64,000 nucleotides of DNA from Mayamaea pseudoterrestris. Its lineage: Eukaryota. Shown here piece by piece: positions 61,470 through 64,000 of this stretch; the stretch's first letter is position 1, and every line of letters starts with the position of its first letter. The notes under the pieces were generated by a model, which worked only from the letters and a program-made list of their open reading frames with translations, was not told where the DNA came from and did not search any database. The stretch is taken from positions 124,001-188,000 of the forward strand of contig BROI01000023.1 of assembly GCA_027923505.1 (NCBI GenBank). The letters are read 5' to 3'. Both the position numbers and the translations under genes were made by a program.

Positions 61470-63493
61470 GGTGTCGAGCCCTCCTATCCCTTTCAATTCA
61501 TGTTTGTTGACATGATGGGCTAGGAATGTGGTTTCATGCACCTCAGTATCCATCACCATGGATGCTATTGGTGATACTTGGCAGATCCAACAACTTGTTG
61601 GATCTGCAAGCCATGCACCTCAGGTGGCAAGTCCAGCTGCCTGAATGGCACACAGACCCTGGAATACAACAAACATGCAATTCAATATTGAATGGGACTG
61701 ATAGTCTTGTCATTTTGGGTGTGGAACCCATCACCATGCCAGGAGACTCCGCACATTCAACAAATGGTTGAATGTGCCAGCAGTGCCCCCTTTTTGGCTA
61801 CAGGGATCATCAGCATTGCATGCCGAGCCCTCCATCCCTTTCAATTCATGTTTGTTGACATGATGGGCTAGGAATGTGGTTACATGCACCTCAGTATCCA
61901 TCTCCATGGATGCTATTGGTGATACTTGGCAGATCCAACAATTTATTGGATCTGCGAGCCATGCACCTCAGGTGGCATGTCCAGCTGCCTGAATGGCCCA
62001 CAGACCCTTGAATACAACAAACATGCAATTTAACATTGAATGGGACTGATAGTCTTGTCATTTTGGGTGTGGAACCCATCACCATGCCAGGAGACTCCGC
62101 ACATTCAACAAATGGTTGAATGTGCCAGCAGGGTCCCCTTTTTGGCTACAGGAATCATCAGCATTGCGTGCCGAGCCCTCCAATCCCTTTCATTTCATGT
62201 TTGTTGACATGATGGGCTAGGAATGTGGTTACATGCACCTCAGTATCCATCACCATGGATGCTATTAGTGATACTTGGCAGATCCAAAAACTTGTTGGAT
62301 CTGCGAGCCATGCACCTCAGGTGGCAAGTCCAGCTGCCTGAATGGCCCACAGACCCTGGAATACAACAAACATGCAATTCAACAATGAATGGGGCTGATA
62401 GTCTTGTCATGTTGGGTGTGGAACCCATCACCATGCCAGGAGGCAACACCGCACAATCAACAAATGGTTGAATGTGCCAACAGTGCCCCCTTTTTGGCTA
62501 CAGGGATCATCAGCAATGCGTGCCGAGCCCTCCAATCCCTTTCAATTCATGTTTGTTGACATGATGGGCTAGGAATGTGGTTACATGCACCTCAGTATCC
62601 ATCACCATGGATGCTATTGGTGATACGTGGCAGATCCAACAACTTGTTGGATCTGTGAGCCATGCACCTCAGGTGGCAAGTCCAGCTGCCTGAATGGGCC
62701 ACAGACCCTGGAATACAACAAACATGCAATTCAACATTGAATGGGACTGATAGTCTTGTCATTTTGGGTGTGGAACCCATCACCATGCCAGGAGACACCG
62801 CACATTCAACAAATGGTTGAATGTGCCAGCAGGGTCCCCTTTTTGGCTACAGGGATCATCAGCATTGCGTGCCAAGCCCTCCAATCCCTTTCAATTCATG
62901 TTTGTTGACATGATGGGCTTGGAATGTGGTTACATGCACCTCAGTATCCATCACCATGGATGCTATTGGTGATACTTGGCAGATCCAACAACTTGTTGGA
63001 TCTGCGAGCCATGCACCTCAAGTGGCAAGTCTAGCTGCCTGAATGGCCCACAGACCCTGGAATACAACAAACATGCAATTCAACATTGAATGGGACTGAT
63101 AGTCTTGTCATTTTGGGTGTGGAACCCATCACCATGCCAGGAGACTCCGCACCTTTAACAAATTGTTGAATGTGCCAGCAGTGCCCCTTTTTGGCTACAG
63201 GGATCATCACCATTGCGTGCCGAGCCCTCCAATCCCTTTCAATTCATGTTTGTTGACATGATGGGCTAGGAATGTGGTTACATGCACCTCAGTATCCATC
63301 ACCATGGATGCTATTGGTGATACTTGGCAGATCCAACAACTTGTTGGATCTGCCAACCATGCACCTCAAGTGGCAAGTCCAGCTGCCTGAATGGCCCACA
63401 GACCCTGGAATACAACTAACATGCAATTCAATATTGAATGGGACTGGTAGTTTTGTCATTTTGGGTGTGAAACCCATCACCATGCCAGGAGAC
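61470..63493. repeat. Satellite B block 4, about 6 monomers
   Basis: Same unit; the array ends abruptly at ...CCAGGAGAC. Confidence 0.97.
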
Positions 63494-63669
63494 GCTTCAA
63501 GTTAACGAATGTGGCAAACTTTTTCTAACACTCGAATGCATGGCAGTGGTGCTGCAATTGGATCCAATGACACGTGTGAAGTTGCCAATGTGCTACTACA
63601 TGTTGGCAGAGAGGAGCTGTTAAATAAAGTTTTGCATCAGTAAATATGGATCGATGATTAAAGTAGTGA

Positions 63670-64000
63670 TTAAGGAATATAGTAGCCAGCATTTGCACTC
63701 TCATGAAGAGCCTCTCCCAATGGTTTGAAGAAAACAGGAGTTTCCTTGACCACTGAGAGGGACGTTACTTTTTCTTGTACAGCGAAGGCTGTTATCGCAA
63801 TCATTGCCAACCTGCCATTCTTGAGCTCCGCCAGCTGCATTCGCTTCTGTCCTTCCGTCTCCTTGAGGTAGAGTCCAAGCGGGTCGAAGCTGAGGTTGCC
63901 AGCAAAGTAGGAGGGGTTGTTGCTCTTGGCCTTGGAGATTCCGTACACGTCAATGGCCGCGGCAACTGTGAGAACAACGATCCAGTAAATAATGGGGCTG
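63670..64000 (-). CDS. Light-harvesting complex (fucoxanthin-chlorophyll a/c binding) protein, 3' part
   Basis: GNLSFDPLGL and MQLAELKNGRLAMIAI (helix 3 motif); the gene starts beyond the window. Confidence 0.93.
   Translation of the reverse strand, partial: SPIIYWIVVLTVAAAIDVYGISKAKSNNPSYFAGNLSFDPLGLYLKETEGQKRMQLAELKNGRLAMIAITAFAVQEKVTSLSVVKETPVFFKPLGEALHESANAGYYIP

Noticed and set aside
42945..63505. Dozens of similar short ORFs (MWLHAPQYPSPW..., MVMGSTPK...) as a peptide gene family
   Set aside because: They are by-products of the 349-bp satellite: the unit is not a multiple of 3, and indels and stops vary freely between monomers

Overview
Eukaryotic, gene-dense sequence, most likely from a diatom. 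The evidence is short GT-AG introns, a fucoxanthin/chlorophyll LHC gene, CoDi-type Copia elements and diatom-typical protein families. Bases 1-42,000 are compact euchromatin. They encode Spc24, a RING-H2 E3 ligase, an SR splicing factor, AP-3 beta, MOCS2A, V-ATPase c, a DnaJ protein, TMEM256, dynamitin, a BTB gene with two in-frame TGAs and a tandem pair of degenerate GAF hybrid histidine kinases. Bases ~42,280-63,490 are a gene-free, CpG-eroded block of four tandem-repeat families (~178, 349, 37 and ~181 bp). The 349-bp satellite has a perfect dyad and higher-order variant structure. Two different chromodomain-bearing Copia LTR retrotransposons sit in it, both inserted in the same 12-bp motif (CATGCACCTCAG) and both lacking a canonical tRNA primer site. 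The block is bracketed by a diverged direct duplication of the 3' end of the LHC gene. The best candidate for an undescribed system is a satellite-based heterochromatin island or centromere with satellite-targeting Copia elements. All protein calls are from motif recognition by eye; no database searches were run.
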